Under the pieces are notes generated by a model. The model was not told the DNA's origin and did no database searches. It saw only the letters and a list, made by a program, of their open reading frames with translations. Shown in pieces: positions 54,889 to 64,000 of a stretch of DNA of 64,000 nt. The stretch is from positions 3 through 64,002 of the forward strand of contig JAKUSA010000010.1 in the NCBI GenBank assembly GCA_022449565.1, in the 5' to 3' direction. This DNA is from Acidimicrobiales bacterium (GTDB taxonomy: Bacteria; Actinomycetota; Acidimicrobiia; Acidimicrobiales; MedAcidi-G1). Numbering within the stretch: the first letter of the stretch is position 1; each line of letters begins with the position of its first letter. The position numbers were made by a program, and so were the translations under genes.

Positions 54889-55785
54889 ATGACTGGGCCA
54901 GTTCGCGACCAAGCCAGCCTCGGTCGGGCTTCGGCGGCGCTAGCCGTGGTGTGCTGGTCGGCCGGGAACATCATGGTGGCCCGCCTGGAGATGCCGGGCA
55001 TCCAGATTGCCTTTTGGCGCCAATTCATCGGGTTTGGTGTCTATGGCCTGGTGTTCCTGCTGATCGGTCGGCGCCTGACCTGGCGGACGGTGCGCCTGGT
55101 GGTACCGGCCGGGGTGCTCCTCGGGCTGGAGATCGGGGTGTTTTTCACCGCGCTCCGGACCACAACGATCGCCAACGCCACCATCATCGGTGCTCTCCAG
55201 CCCATCCTGTTGCTGGCCGTAGCTTCCCGCCGCTATCGGGAGACGGTCACCGGCTGGCTGTTCGGCGCCTCGGCGGTGGCCATCGGTGGTGTGGTGCTTG
55301 TCATGTGGGGGGCCTCATCGGAGGCTGTGTGGAGCCCACGCGGCGACCTACTAGCCCTGCTGGCCATGGTCCTGTTCTCCGCCTACTTCGTTGTCGTCAA
55401 GGACATCCGAGCATCGGTGGATACCTTCACCCTCCAAACGGTGGCCATGATGATCGGCGCCGTCACCGTGTTGCCCATCGCAGCGATCGAGGCAGGAACG
55501 CCGGTCCTCCCCGTGCCGTCCGGTCGCCAGTTCATATGGCTCCTCGTGCTTCTGGCCGTCCCCGGAACCGGTCATTACCTCATGAACTGGGCGCACCTCC
55601 ACGTGTCGCTTAGCGTGACGGGTCTTCTAATCCTGGGTATCCCGGTGATGTCGGTCCTGGGAGCCTGGCTGATCCTCGACCAGCACCTCACCCCGGTCCA
55701 GGCCCTCGGGGGGGTGGTGGTCCTTGGCGTACTCGCCGGGGTGGTGCGACGAGACGCCCGGTTGGCCTCCAGAGGGGGGACCTAA
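54889..55785 (+). CDS. EamA/DMT family transporter
   Basis: Ten hydrophobic helices with a duplicated EamA pattern. Divergent from phnD. Confidence 0.75.
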   Translation: MTGPVRDQASLGRASAALAVVCWSAGNIMVARLEMPGIQIAFWRQFIGFGVYGLVFLLIGRRLTWRTVRLVVPAGVLLGLEIGVFFTALRTTTIANATIIGALQPILLLAVASRRYRETVTGWLFGASAVAIGGVVLVMWGASSEAVWSPRGDLLALLAMVLFSAYFVVVKDIRASVDTFTLQTVAMMIGAVTVLPIAAIEAGTPVLPVPSGRQFIWLLVLLAVPGTGHYLMNWAHLHVSLSVTGLLILGIPVMSVLGAWLILDQHLTPVQALGGVVVLGVLAGVVRRDARLASRGGT

Positions 55786-55860
55786 ATTCGGCATGGCCTC
55801 TGACAGTCATCTACGTTGAGCGGCCCACACCAGCCATTCACTCTGAGATCGGAGGGCGTC

Positions 55861-56157
55861 ATGAGCGCCGACGGCACCTGGAACGTGACCCTAAACACCC
55901 CGATGGGCGCCCAAGCAGGCACCCTTGAACTAGCGACAGACGGCAACACGCTGACCGGGACCATGTCGGGCCCACAGGGCAGCATGGAACTCGAGAACGG
56001 CACGGCGGACGGCGACAGCTTGTCGTGGACGGTCAATATGACCCAGCCCATGCCCATCACCATTGAGGCGACGGCCACCGTCGACGGCGACGAGATTAGC
56101 GGCGAAGCCAAGCTGGGGGCCTTCGGCACCGCCACATTCAGCGGCAGCCGGGCCTGA
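55861..56157 (+). CDS. hypothetical small beta-rich protein
   Basis: ATG 55861 follows a ggaggg SD. MSADGTWNVTLNTPMGAQAGTLEL...GTMSGPQGS...GDSLSWTV...; no domain recognised. Confidence 0.5.
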   Translation: MSADGTWNVTLNTPMGAQAGTLELATDGNTLTGTMSGPQGSMELENGTADGDSLSWTVNMTQPMPITIEATATVDGDEISGEAKLGAFGTATFSGSRA

Positions 56158-56161
56158 CCCG

Positions 56162-56479
56162 GTGGGGGATCCTCCCTACTACGCCACGATCTTCACGACC
56201 CAACTGAGCGGCGATCTCGAAGGCTACGACGAGACCGCCGACCGCATGGCCGAACTGGTCGGCGGCTACGACGGCTACCTGGGCATGTACTCGGCCCGGG
56301 GGCTCGATGGTTTCGGAATCACGGTGTGCTACTGGCGGTCCGAGGAGGACATCGCAGCCTGGAGGGCCGATTTGGACCACCGGGAGGCCCAGGGCGAGGG
56401 ACGCGACCGTTTTTACAGCGAATACACGGTTGAGGTGGCCCGGGTGGACCGCGCCATTGAGTTCCAACGGCCTGACTGA
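56162..56479 (+). CDS. antibiotic biosynthesis monooxygenase (ABM) domain protein
   Basis: YYATIFTTQL...GYLGMYSARGLDGFGITVCYWRSEEDIAAWR fits the ABM ferredoxin-like fold pattern. GTG start lies 4 nt after the preceding stop. Confidence 0.65.
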   Translation: MGDPPYYATIFTTQLSGDLEGYDETADRMAELVGGYDGYLGMYSARGLDGFGITVCYWRSEEDIAAWRADLDHREAQGEGRDRFYSEYTVEVARVDRAIEFQRPD

Positions 56480-56505
56480 TCGGCCCTGTCTCTCGGTGGG
56501 TCTGA

Positions 56506-57594
56506 CTAGCAGGTCACCGACAGACCAGCCATCACCCCTGCATGGTCGGCGGCCCACCACAGGCCCTCCACCGGGGTGTCCAGCGGTCGGTCCGCCCAGT
56601 GTCTGGTAGTCCCGGGATCGACGGTTAGCGAACAGCCCGGTCCGGGCCGGGCCAGGACGAAGTCGATCCGCTCGGTGAACCGCTTGGCGGGGTCGTCCAG
56701 GCCGGCCAGGGGTGGCCCACCCTCGACACAGCAGGAACATCCCTCGCCTGTTTCCGGGTCACATTCTGGCCGGCCAGCCTCTAGGTAGGCGTCGACAAAT
56801 CCGGCGTCGGTAAGGGTTGTGATCCGGGAGTCCCCGATCGGCCGGTTCAGGTCGCCTACTACCAATTGTAGGACCGCGTCGGTCGAGAGACCCTCCAGCA
56901 GGGCCAGTGTCTGGCGGGGATGGCAAGCCCCGTAGTCGTCGCCCAGAGCACACGCCTCGCTGCAGCCCATTACCCCCGGTTCCTCGCACTCGAGGTTGAG
57001 GCTGCCACTGGCGAAGTGCGTAGCGACCACGTCCACCGGTCCGAACCCGGTCCCCAACCGGGCCCAGTGGGCCGACCAGATCGGAGCGCCGGCCAATTCG
57101 GTGTATGCCTCGTCGAGAACCGGGATGTTGGTCAGGATCATCTCCTGGTCGGGTAGGCCCCGGTCGTCGACCACCAGTTGGTACCGCCCCTCGCAAAGGA
57201 CCAGGAGCGTGTCAGGTACCAGTTCCTGCTGGCGGGGGCTGACCTCCTGGAGGGCGACCACGTCGGGACAACCCAGGTCGTCCTGGATCAGGGCCCAGAG
57301 TGCTCGAAGTCGGGCCGGAGCAGCGCACTGGTCGGTCGCGGGGGCGCAGTCGCTGGCGTACTCGAGGCCGTGCAACAGGTTGATGGTCGCCACCTTGAGC
57401 ACCTCCGGCGGAGCGGTTGTGGTCGTGGGGGCGGCGGTTGTGGTCGTGGGGGCGGCCGAGGGACCCGGACCGGAGCAGCCGATTGCGATGGACCCAACGA
57501 GCAGGGCGACGACTCGTGCGCTCACGAGCCGGTGGAAGCGAGAGTCTGTGCGCCGAGCGACCTCACGCCGCGACACTATTCGCAGTTGGCCCAT
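56506..57594 (-). CDS. secreted endonuclease/exonuclease/phosphatase (EEP) family lipoprotein
   Basis: Lipobox IAIGCSG and an APTTTT linker. The EEP pattern is VATINLLHG...VVALQEV...HFASG...DHAGV. Many Cys residues suggest disulfides. The start (ATG 57594) is approximate. Confidence 0.7.
   Translation of the reverse strand: MGQLRIVSRREVARRTDSRFHRLVSARVVALLVGSIAIGCSGPGPSAAPTTTTAAPTTTTAPPEVLKVATINLLHGLEYASDCAPATDQCAAPARLRALWALIQDDLGCPDVVALQEVSPRQQELVPDTLLVLCEGRYQLVVDDRGLPDQEMILTNIPVLDEAYTELAGAPIWSAHWARLGTGFGPVDVVATHFASGSLNLECEEPGVMGCSEACALGDDYGACHPRQTLALLEGLSTDAVLQLVVGDLNRPIGDSRITTLTDAGFVDAYLEAGRPECDPETGEGCSCCVEGGPPLAGLDDPAKRFTERIDFVLARPGPGCSLTVDPGTTRHWADRPLDTPVEGLWWAADHAGVMAGLSVTC
57413..57454. 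repeat. 21-bp perfect tandem repeat x2 (unit gcggttgtggtcgtgggggcg)
   Basis: 57413-57433 is identical to 57434-57454. In frame on the minus strand, encoding the Pro/Thr-rich heptad linker (two copies, within AAPTTTTAAPTTTTA) of the EEP lipoprotein. Confidence 0.95.
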
Positions 57595-57721
57595 TGACCC
57601 TCGGGTCGCCCGGCCGGATCCGCACGGGAAGTCGGAGCCCGGCCGATACCCCCTCCTGTAGCATCGCTGGCACCGGGGCTGCCGCCGCCCGGCGCCGCAT
57701 CCGCCTTCCGGAGCCGACACC

Positions 57722-59353
57722 ATGGACGTCCGCGACAGCCTCATCGACTCGGTACGAGCCGTCTTGACCCGACTCGGGGTGACCCCGGACCCCGGAGTGG
57801 TTCAGGTAGAACGTCCGTCCAACCCCGACCACGGCGACTGGTCCACCAACGCTGCACTAGCCACCGCCAAAGCAGCGGGGCGCAACCCCCGAGAACTGGC
57901 CACCGCCCTCGCCGGGGCGCTCACCACCGAACCCCCGCCGCACGTCACCGCGGTGGAGGTGGCTGGGCCGGGCTTCGTCAACTTCCGGCTTGCCCACACC
58001 TGGCTCCACGACCTATTGGCCGATGTGGTCACCGCCGGGGTCGACGGCTGGGGGCGCTTCACCACCGGACACGACCAGCCGATCATCGTGGAGTTCGTCA
58101 GCGCCAACCCCACCGGACCTCTCCACGCCGGCCATGGCCGGGGCGCCTGCTTCGGCGACTCAGTAGCCCGCCTCTTGGAGAGGTGTGGCCATCCGGTGTC
58201 ACGCGAGTTCTACGTCAACGACCGGGGCGCCCAGATGCGTCTCTTCGCCGACTCGTTGGCCGCCCTGGCCGCCGGTGCTGACGCCCCCGAGGCCGGCTAC
58301 CACGGGGCCTACGTGGCCGACTGGGCGACCGAGATGCCCTCCGGCGCCGACCCGGTTGAATGGGGCAGGGAGCGGGCCTTGGCCGACCAGCGAGCAGTCC
58401 TCGAGTCTCTGGGCATCGGGTTCGACGCCTGGTTCAGTGAACGCTCCATGGTCGAGTCGGGCGCCGTGGAGGACACGCTTGCCGATCTGCAGTGGGCCGG
58501 GGCGACCTACGAGGACGATGGAGCCCTGTGGTTGCGGAGCAGCGACCACGGCGACGACAAGGACCGAGTGCTGGTCAAATCGGACGGCGAGTACACCTAC
58601 CTGCTGCCCGACGTCGCTTATCACCGGGACAAGTTTGCACGGGCCCCACGGTTGGTGAACGTCTGGGGGGCCGACCACCACGGTTACGTGGCTCGGGTGC
58701 ACGCCGCCATGGCCGCGCTGGGCCACCAACCGGCCGACTTGGAGGTGGCCATTACCCAGATGGTGGGCCTACGGAGGGCCGGTGAGGAGGTCCGGCTGTC
58801 CAAGCGGACCGGTGAGATGATCGAATTGCGGGAGGTGGTCGCCGAGGTAGGGGCCGACGCGGCCCGTTTTACCTACCTGCTCCAGTCGGTGGACTCCTCC
58901 CAGGTTTTCGACCTCGACCTAGTGGCCAGCCAGATCAACGAGAATCCGGTGTTCTACGTCCAGTATGCGCATGCCCGTATCCACTCGATCGTGTCTCGGG
59001 CTGCCGAAGTGGGTATCGAACGGGTGCCTTTAGCCGCCGCCGACATATCGCTGCTTGTCCACCACCGGGAACTGGCCCTGCTCCGTACTCTGCACGAACT
59101 TCCCGACATCGTCCGATGGGCCTGCCGGGAGCGGGCCCCCCACCAGGTGACCACCTGGGTGAGGGAGTTGGCCGCCCTGTTCCACGGCTTCTACCACGAC
59201 TGCCGGGTGATCGGCGAGGGTATCGATGATGCCCTGACCCAGGCCCGCCTATGGCTGGTCGAGGCCACCCGTATCGGCCTGGCAGTGGCACTCGATCTCC
59301 TCGGAGTGGGCGCGCCCACCGAAATGTGGCGCCAGGAGGAGGACGATCGCTGA
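57722..59353 (+). CDS. argS: arginine--tRNA ligase
   Basis: ANPTGPLHAGHGRG (HIGH-type) and a class I core. Followed by lysA, as in other actinobacteria. Confidence 0.92.
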   Translation: MDVRDSLIDSVRAVLTRLGVTPDPGVVQVERPSNPDHGDWSTNAALATAKAAGRNPRELATALAGALTTEPPPHVTAVEVAGPGFVNFRLAHTWLHDLLADVVTAGVDGWGRFTTGHDQPIIVEFVSANPTGPLHAGHGRGACFGDSVARLLERCGHPVSREFYVNDRGAQMRLFADSLAALAAGADAPEAGYHGAYVADWATEMPSGADPVEWGRERALADQRAVLESLGIGFDAWFSERSMVESGAVEDTLADLQWAGATYEDDGALWLRSSDHGDDKDRVLVKSDGEYTYLLPDVAYHRDKFARAPRLVNVWGADHHGYVARVHAAMAALGHQPADLEVAITQMVGLRRAGEEVRLSKRTGEMIELREVVAEVGADAARFTYLLQSVDSSQVFDLDLVASQINENPVFYVQYAHARIHSIVSRAAEVGIERVPLAAADISLLVHHRELALLRTLHELPDIVRWACRERAPHQVTTWVRELAALFHGFYHDCRVIGEGIDDALTQARLWLVEATRIGLAVALDLLGVGAPTEMWRQEEDDR

Positions 59354-60624
59354 TGGCCGGACCATTGCCCCGACACCTCCTCCCCGACACCGCCGAGATC
59401 GGTCCCGACGGGAACACCGCAGTGGGCGGCTGCGACCTAGTCGACCTGGCCAACCAGTGGGGAACCCCCCTGTTCGTCTACGACGAGGATCACCTGCGGT
59501 CCCGGTGCCGAGAGGCGGTTGCCGCCTTCGGTGGAGGGGTGGCCTACGCCTCGAAGGCATTCCTCTGTTCGGCGATGGCCCGCCTCGCCCACGAGGAGGG
59601 CCTTCAACTCGACGTGGCCACCGGTGGTGAGCTGTTCCTGGCCCGGAGAGCGGGAGTTCCCGGCAACCGGCTCGTTCTTCACGGCAACAACAAGAGCGAT
59701 GCTGAACTGGCCATGGCCGTCGACGAGGGAGTCGGACGCATCGTCATTGACTCGTTCGACGAACTGGACCGACTAGAAGCCCTCCACTCGGCCACCGGAG
59801 TGGCCCCCCGCGTGCTGCTTCGGGTGACCCCCGGGGTGGAGGTCCACACCCATGAGTTCATCGCCACCGGCCAGGACGACTCCAAGTTCGGGTTCACGGT
59901 CAAAGGTGGTCTCGCCGACTCGGCGGTTCGGCGGGCCTCCGCGTCAACAGCCGTCGACCTGGTCGGCCTCCACGCCCACATAGGCAGCCAGGTATTCGAC
60001 GTCGAACCGTTCGCCCGGGCCATCGACGTACTTGCTGCATTCGCCGCCCCCTACGACCTCCCCGAGCTCTCGGTGGGTGGTGGCCTGGGCGTCCCCTACG
60101 TGGAGGGTGAATCGGCGCCCACCATCGGTGAGTGGGCCGATGCCATTCACAAGGCCTGTGTACGGGCCGGAGTGACCTCGGAGGTGACCGCCGAACCGGG
60201 ACGAGCCATCGTGGCTGCCGCTGCGATCACCCTCTACCGGGTCGGGACGATCAAGGATCTTCCCGGATTGCGGACCTACGTGGCCGTCGATGGCGGGATG
60301 AGCGACAACCCCCGACCGGTCCTCTACGGCTCCGGGTACGAGACGTTCCTGCCCCGTGCCGGCGACGCCGCCCGACCACGGGTGGTGCGGGTGGTGGGCA
60401 AGCACTGCGAGTCCGGTGACGTGCTAGTCCAGGATGGTGCGGTTCCCACCGATCTGGTGGTCGGGGACGTGCTGGCCACCCCGGTAACCGGGGCCTACGG
60501 GTACTCCATGGGTTCCAACTACAACCAGGTGCTTCGGCCGGCGGTGGTGTTCGTAAGCGAGGGTCAGGCCCGGCTAGTGGTGGCTCGGGAGACATACGAG
60601 GACCTGGCCCGGCGCGACCGCTAA
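59353..60624 (+). CDS. lysA: diaminopimelate decarboxylase
   Basis: ATG 59353 overlaps the argS stop (TGATG). GTPLFVYDE, YASKAF (PLP Lys) and CESGD motifs. Confidence 0.9.
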   Translation: MAGPLPRHLLPDTAEIGPDGNTAVGGCDLVDLANQWGTPLFVYDEDHLRSRCREAVAAFGGGVAYASKAFLCSAMARLAHEEGLQLDVATGGELFLARRAGVPGNRLVLHGNNKSDAELAMAVDEGVGRIVIDSFDELDRLEALHSATGVAPRVLLRVTPGVEVHTHEFIATGQDDSKFGFTVKGGLADSAVRRASASTAVDLVGLHAHIGSQVFDVEPFARAIDVLAAFAAPYDLPELSVGGGLGVPYVEGESAPTIGEWADAIHKACVRAGVTSEVTAEPGRAIVAAAAITLYRVGTIKDLPGLRTYVAVDGGMSDNPRPVLYGSGYETFLPRAGDAARPRVVRVVGKHCESGDVLVQDGAVPTDLVVGDVLATPVTGAYGYSMGSNYNQVLRPAVVFVSEGQARLVVARETYEDLARRDR

Positions 60625-60703
60625 TCGACCTGCCACTGCTGGCAGCCTGCCGCCCGCCAAACCGGAACCTGAGCGGTACCGCCGGCCCGGTACCGTTGGC
60701 AGC

Positions 60704-61999
60704 ATGGAACCCGCACCAGTCCGGGTCGGGGTGCTTGGTTGCGGCAATGTCGGCGCAGCACTCCTGATCCTGATCAACGAGCAGCATGCTGCGGTGGCTC
60801 GTCGCACCGGTCTGGCCCTTGAGGTCGGGGCCGTGGCAGTGCGCGACCCCGGGCGGGATCGCAATGTTCCGGTCGACCCTGGTCTGTTCACAGACGATCC
60901 TGCCTCGGTTGTCGCCAACCCGGAGATCGATGTGGTTGTGGAGGTCATGGGCGGTATTGACCCGGCCCACCGTCTGGTCGTGGAGGCCCTCGAGCGTGGC
61001 AAACCGGTGGTTACTGCCAACAAAGAACTGCTGGCCTCCCACGGCTCCGAGCTCTATGCCCTGGCCGAGGGCGCCGGAGTCGATCTCCTCTTCGAAGCCG
61101 CGGTGGCCGGCGCGATCCCGATTATGCGGCTCCTGCGCGAATCGTTGGCCGGCGAGCCGATAACCCGGGTGATGGGCATCGTCAACGGGACCACGAACTT
61201 CATCCTCTCCCGGATGGCCGAAGAGGCCATGCCCTATGGGGAGGCCCTGGCCGAGGCTCAACGCCTCGGTTATGCGGAGGCCGACCCGACGGCCGACGTG
61301 GAGGGCATTGACGCGGCGGCCAAGGCGGCGATCATGGCCAGTTTGGCCTTCGGGGTCCGGGTTACCGCCGACGACGTGTACCGGGAGGGGATCTCGTCGA
61401 TCACCTCAGAGGACATCGAGTTCGCTGGCCGGCTCGACCACTGCATCAAACTCCTGGCTATCGCCGAGCGACGAGACGCGGGCGACGGGTCGAACATTGG
61501 CGTGCGCGTCCACCCAGCAATGGTGCCCCTCGACCACCCTCTGGCCTCCGTCCGCGACAGTTTCAACGCCGTGTTTGTGGAGGGTGAGGCGGTGGGCGAG
61601 TTGATGTTCTACGGGCGGGGCGCCGGAGGCCGGCCGACCGCGTCGGCGGTGTTGGGTGATCTGGTCAACGCGGCGGGCAACCTGAGGCGGTCGCACGGGG
61701 CCCGCATTGGTGATCTGCAACCGGCGGTGGTTACCCCTATCGAGGAGTTGGAGAGCGCCTACTACCTGGAGGTGGAAGTCGACGACCGGCCGGGCGTCCT
61801 GTCCCGGGTGGCCGCCGTGTTTGGCGACCATGACGTGTCAATCCGCTCCATGGAACAGGAGGGCCTCGGGGTCGAGGCCCGACTCATCTTCATCACCCAC
61901 ACGGCCCGGGAACGCGACCTGCGGGCCACCCTCGAGGGTCTCGATGGCCTTGATGCGGTGCGCAGCGTCGGCAGCATGCTCCGGGTGGTGGGCGACTGA
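60704..61999 (+). CDS. hom: homoserine dehydrogenase
   Basis: VGVLGCGNVGAA NAD-binding N-terminus, catalytic domain, and C-terminal ACT domain (YYLEVEVDDRPGVLSRVAAVFG). Confidence 0.92.
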   Translation: MEPAPVRVGVLGCGNVGAALLILINEQHAAVARRTGLALEVGAVAVRDPGRDRNVPVDPGLFTDDPASVVANPEIDVVVEVMGGIDPAHRLVVEALERGKPVVTANKELLASHGSELYALAEGAGVDLLFEAAVAGAIPIMRLLRESLAGEPITRVMGIVNGTTNFILSRMAEEAMPYGEALAEAQRLGYAEADPTADVEGIDAAAKAAIMASLAFGVRVTADDVYREGISSITSEDIEFAGRLDHCIKLLAIAERRDAGDGSNIGVRVHPAMVPLDHPLASVRDSFNAVFVEGEAVGELMFYGRGAGGRPTASAVLGDLVNAAGNLRRSHGARIGDLQPAVVTPIEELESAYYLEVEVDDRPGVLSRVAAVFGDHDVSIRSMEQEGLGVEARLIFITHTARERDLRATLEGLDGLDAVRSVGSMLRVVGD

Positions 62000-62021
62000 T
62001 CGTCGCGCCGGGAGTCGCACG

Positions 62022-63413
62022 ATGCGCTACGTGAGCACCCGGGGTGTGGCTCCGGTTCTCGAGTTCGGCGAGGCGTTGCTGGCCGGTCTGGCCACCGACG
62101 GCGGCCTGTACGTACCCGAGTCCTGGCCCCAGTTGGCTGACGGCGGACACGGGGACTACCTGGAGACGGCCGTTGAGGTGATGGCCCCGTTCGTGGGCGA
62201 TTCCGTGGACCAGGACTCCTTTGCTGCCATGGTCGCCGACTCCTACCGGGGCTTCGACGCTGAGGAGGTGACGCCACTGGTCGACCTGGGTGACGGCCTC
62301 CACCTGTTGGAACTGTTCCACGGTCCCACCCTGGCCTTCAAAGACGTGGCCCTCCAGTTGCTCGGCCGACTTTTCGACCACGAGCTGGACCGCCGGGACG
62401 AGAGGGTGACCATCGTCGGTGCTACGTCGGGCGATACCGGATCAGCGGCCATCGAGGCCTGCCGGGACCGGAACAACCTCGACATCGTGGTCCTCCACCC
62501 TGCCGACCGAGTGTCGGAGGTCCAGCGGCGCCAAATGACCACTGTGAACTCGCCCAACGTGCACAACGTGGCTGTGGACGGCACCTTCGACGACTGCCAG
62601 GACCTGGTCAAGGCCATGTTCGCCGACGCCGGGTTCCGTCGCCGGCTACGCCTCGCCGCAGTGAACTCCATCAACTGGGCCCGGATCATGGCCCAGGTCG
62701 TCTATTACGTGGTAGCCGCTGAGCGGCTGGGAGGCCGTCGGTCGCCAATTGCCTTCGCCGTACCCACCGGCAACTTCGGCAACGTGTACGCCGGCCACGT
62801 GGCTCGGCGGTGCGGCCTGGTTGTGCCTCGGCTGGTGGTGGCCTCGAATACCAACGACATCCTCACCCGGTTCTTCACCGATGGATCCCTAACCGTCGCC
62901 GAAGTGGTGCCCACCCTGTCGCCGAGCATGGACATCCAGGTCTCGTCCAACCTGGAACGACTGCTGTTCGAACTGTCGGACCGGGACGGACCGGCGGTAG
63001 CCGCCCTGCTAGAGCGATTCCGCTCCGAGGGGACAGCTGCCCTCGACCCGGGGTTGCACGCCTCGCTCGGTAATGCCTGGTCCGGTTACCGCTTTGACGA
63101 CGAGGAAGTGCTCCGCTGCATTGCCGATGAGGCGGACCGGTCGGGCACCGTTCTGGACCCACATACCGCAGTGGGGGTTCTTGCCGCCCGGGCCCACCAG
63201 GAAGCCGGCTACGACGTCGGTGTGAAGATGGTGGCTCTGGCCACAGCCCACCCGTCCAAGTTCCCCGATGCCATCGAGCAGGCGACCGGGGTACGACCAC
63301 CCCTGCCAGACCGCCTGGCCGACCTGTTTGACCGGCCGGAACAGCTGGTACGCCTCCCCAACGACCTGGAAGCGGTGGAGGCGTTTGTGGCGGAACGCTC
63401 CCGGGTCGGCTGA
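62022..63413 (+). CDS. thrC: threonine synthase
   Basis: MRYVSTRG N-terminus and PLP-Lys motif FHGPTLAFKD. Confidence 0.92.
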   Translation: MRYVSTRGVAPVLEFGEALLAGLATDGGLYVPESWPQLADGGHGDYLETAVEVMAPFVGDSVDQDSFAAMVADSYRGFDAEEVTPLVDLGDGLHLLELFHGPTLAFKDVALQLLGRLFDHELDRRDERVTIVGATSGDTGSAAIEACRDRNNLDIVVLHPADRVSEVQRRQMTTVNSPNVHNVAVDGTFDDCQDLVKAMFADAGFRRRLRLAAVNSINWARIMAQVVYYVVAAERLGGRRSPIAFAVPTGNFGNVYAGHVARRCGLVVPRLVVASNTNDILTRFFTDGSLTVAEVVPTLSPSMDIQVSSNLERLLFELSDRDGPAVAALLERFRSEGTAALDPGLHASLGNAWSGYRFDDEEVLRCIADEADRSGTVLDPHTAVGVLAARAHQEAGYDVGVKMVALATAHPSKFPDAIEQATGVRPPLPDRLADLFDRPEQLVRLPNDLEAVEAFVAERSRVG

Positions 63414-63463
63414 GCGGAATCCGGTGGGGCACCGGGCACTGACTCTGGCAGGATGATCGTCTC

Positions 63464-64000
63464 GTGAAGTACGTGATCTGCGTTCCCGACGGCTGCGCCG
63501 ACCTGCCCGTCCCGGACCTGGACGGTCGAACCCCGCTCGAGGCGGCCCTCACCCCGAACATCGACGAACTGGCTGCTCGGGCCACTGTCGGTCGAGCAGC
63601 GGTAATTCCCGACGGGATGCCGCCGGGCAGCGACGTCGGGAACATGTCGATCTTCGGGTTCGACCCATCCCGGTTCCACACTGGTCGGGCGCCGATCGAG
63701 GTGGCCGCCCTCGGAGTGACCCTGCGACCGGATCAGACGGCGTTTCGTTGCAACCTGGTGAGGGTGGTTGACGGGGTCATGGTGGACTACGCAGGTGGGA
63801 ACCCGGAGTCGGCAGCGGCCGCTGAGGTGATTGCTGAACTGGATCGCCAACTGGGTGACCCGGACCGGGGGGTGTCGTTTCTGGCCGGGGTGAGTTTCCG
63901 GAACGCCATGATCGCCCCGGCCGATTACGCCGATGCTGAATGCATCCCACCGCACGACCTTTCGGGCGACCCTGTGGTGCTTCTGTCCGGACCGGCCGGC
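63464..64000 (+). CDS. ApgM-like metalloenzyme-superfamily protein (proposed homoserine kinase type), 3'-partial
   Basis: Not in the ORF track because it runs off the window. GTG 63464. VKYVICVPDGCADLP...GRTPLEAALTPNIDELA...PDGMPPGSDVGNMSIFGFDP...GRAPIEVAALGV...AFRCNLV matches archaeal-type cofactor-independent phosphoglycerate mutase homologues. Confidence 0.75.
   Translation, partial: MKYVICVPDGCADLPVPDLDGRTPLEAALTPNIDELAARATVGRAAVIPDGMPPGSDVGNMSIFGFDPSRFHTGRAPIEVAALGVTLRPDQTAFRCNLVRVVDGVMVDYAGGNPESAAAAEVIAELDRQLGDPDRGVSFLAGVSFRNAMIAPADYADAECIPPHDLSGDPVVLLSGPAG

Overview
High-GC (about 68-72% in the blocks I counted by eye), densely coding chromosomal window. Its gene content looks actinobacterial, possibly Acidimicrobiia-like, but taxonomy cannot be proven from here. 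Pointers are the SCO1664/DUF3090/MSMEG_4193-type triad, DUF3107, a PdtaS-type kinase, F420-linked enzymes and argS-lysA-hom-thrC synteny. I support about 75 CDS, one tRNA-Arg(CCG), one cobalamin riboswitch, three in-frame tandem repeats, one strong stem-loop and one disrupted gene. No CRISPR array, IS element, integrase or rRNA was seen.

Main blocks:
- 1-10.8 kb: housekeeping and lipid genes plus an HLD-I haloalkane dehalogenase.
- 10.8-14.7 kb: B12 riboswitch, btuFCD-like transporter and an HLD-II dehalogenase.
- 14.8-22.8 kb: fumarase, F420 oxidoreductase, acetoacetyl-CoA synthetase and Fur/NUDIX/TetR genes.
- 22.85-29.44 kb: a complete, translationally coupled System I cytochrome c maturation operon, ccmABCDEFGH.
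- 30-37.8 kb: regulator/Mrp pair, DUF3107, PdtaS, GDPD, a lipid kinase, a ParB/Srx-like gene and etfBA.
- 37.8-41.1 kb: a four-gene operon joining the uncharacterised triad to an MBL/alkylsulfatase-like hydrolase.
- 42.2-46.1 kb: an FrhB-like protein, tRNA-Arg and a lower-GC cassette (ferredoxin, ORF104, DUF971, ATP-grasp).
- 46.2-57.6 kb: agmatinase, dienelactone hydrolase (DLH), an orphan metal permease, ROK kinase, Fe-ADH, phnCDEE and a secreted EEP enzyme.
- 57.7-64 kb: argS-lysA-hom-thrC followed by an ApgM-like proposed homoserine kinase.

Most interesting to follow up are the triad-plus-MBL operon, the System I ccm operon in this lineage context, and the low-GC ATP-grasp/DUF971/ferredoxin cassette. 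All family calls rest on motif-level reading of the translated ORFs. No database search was run.
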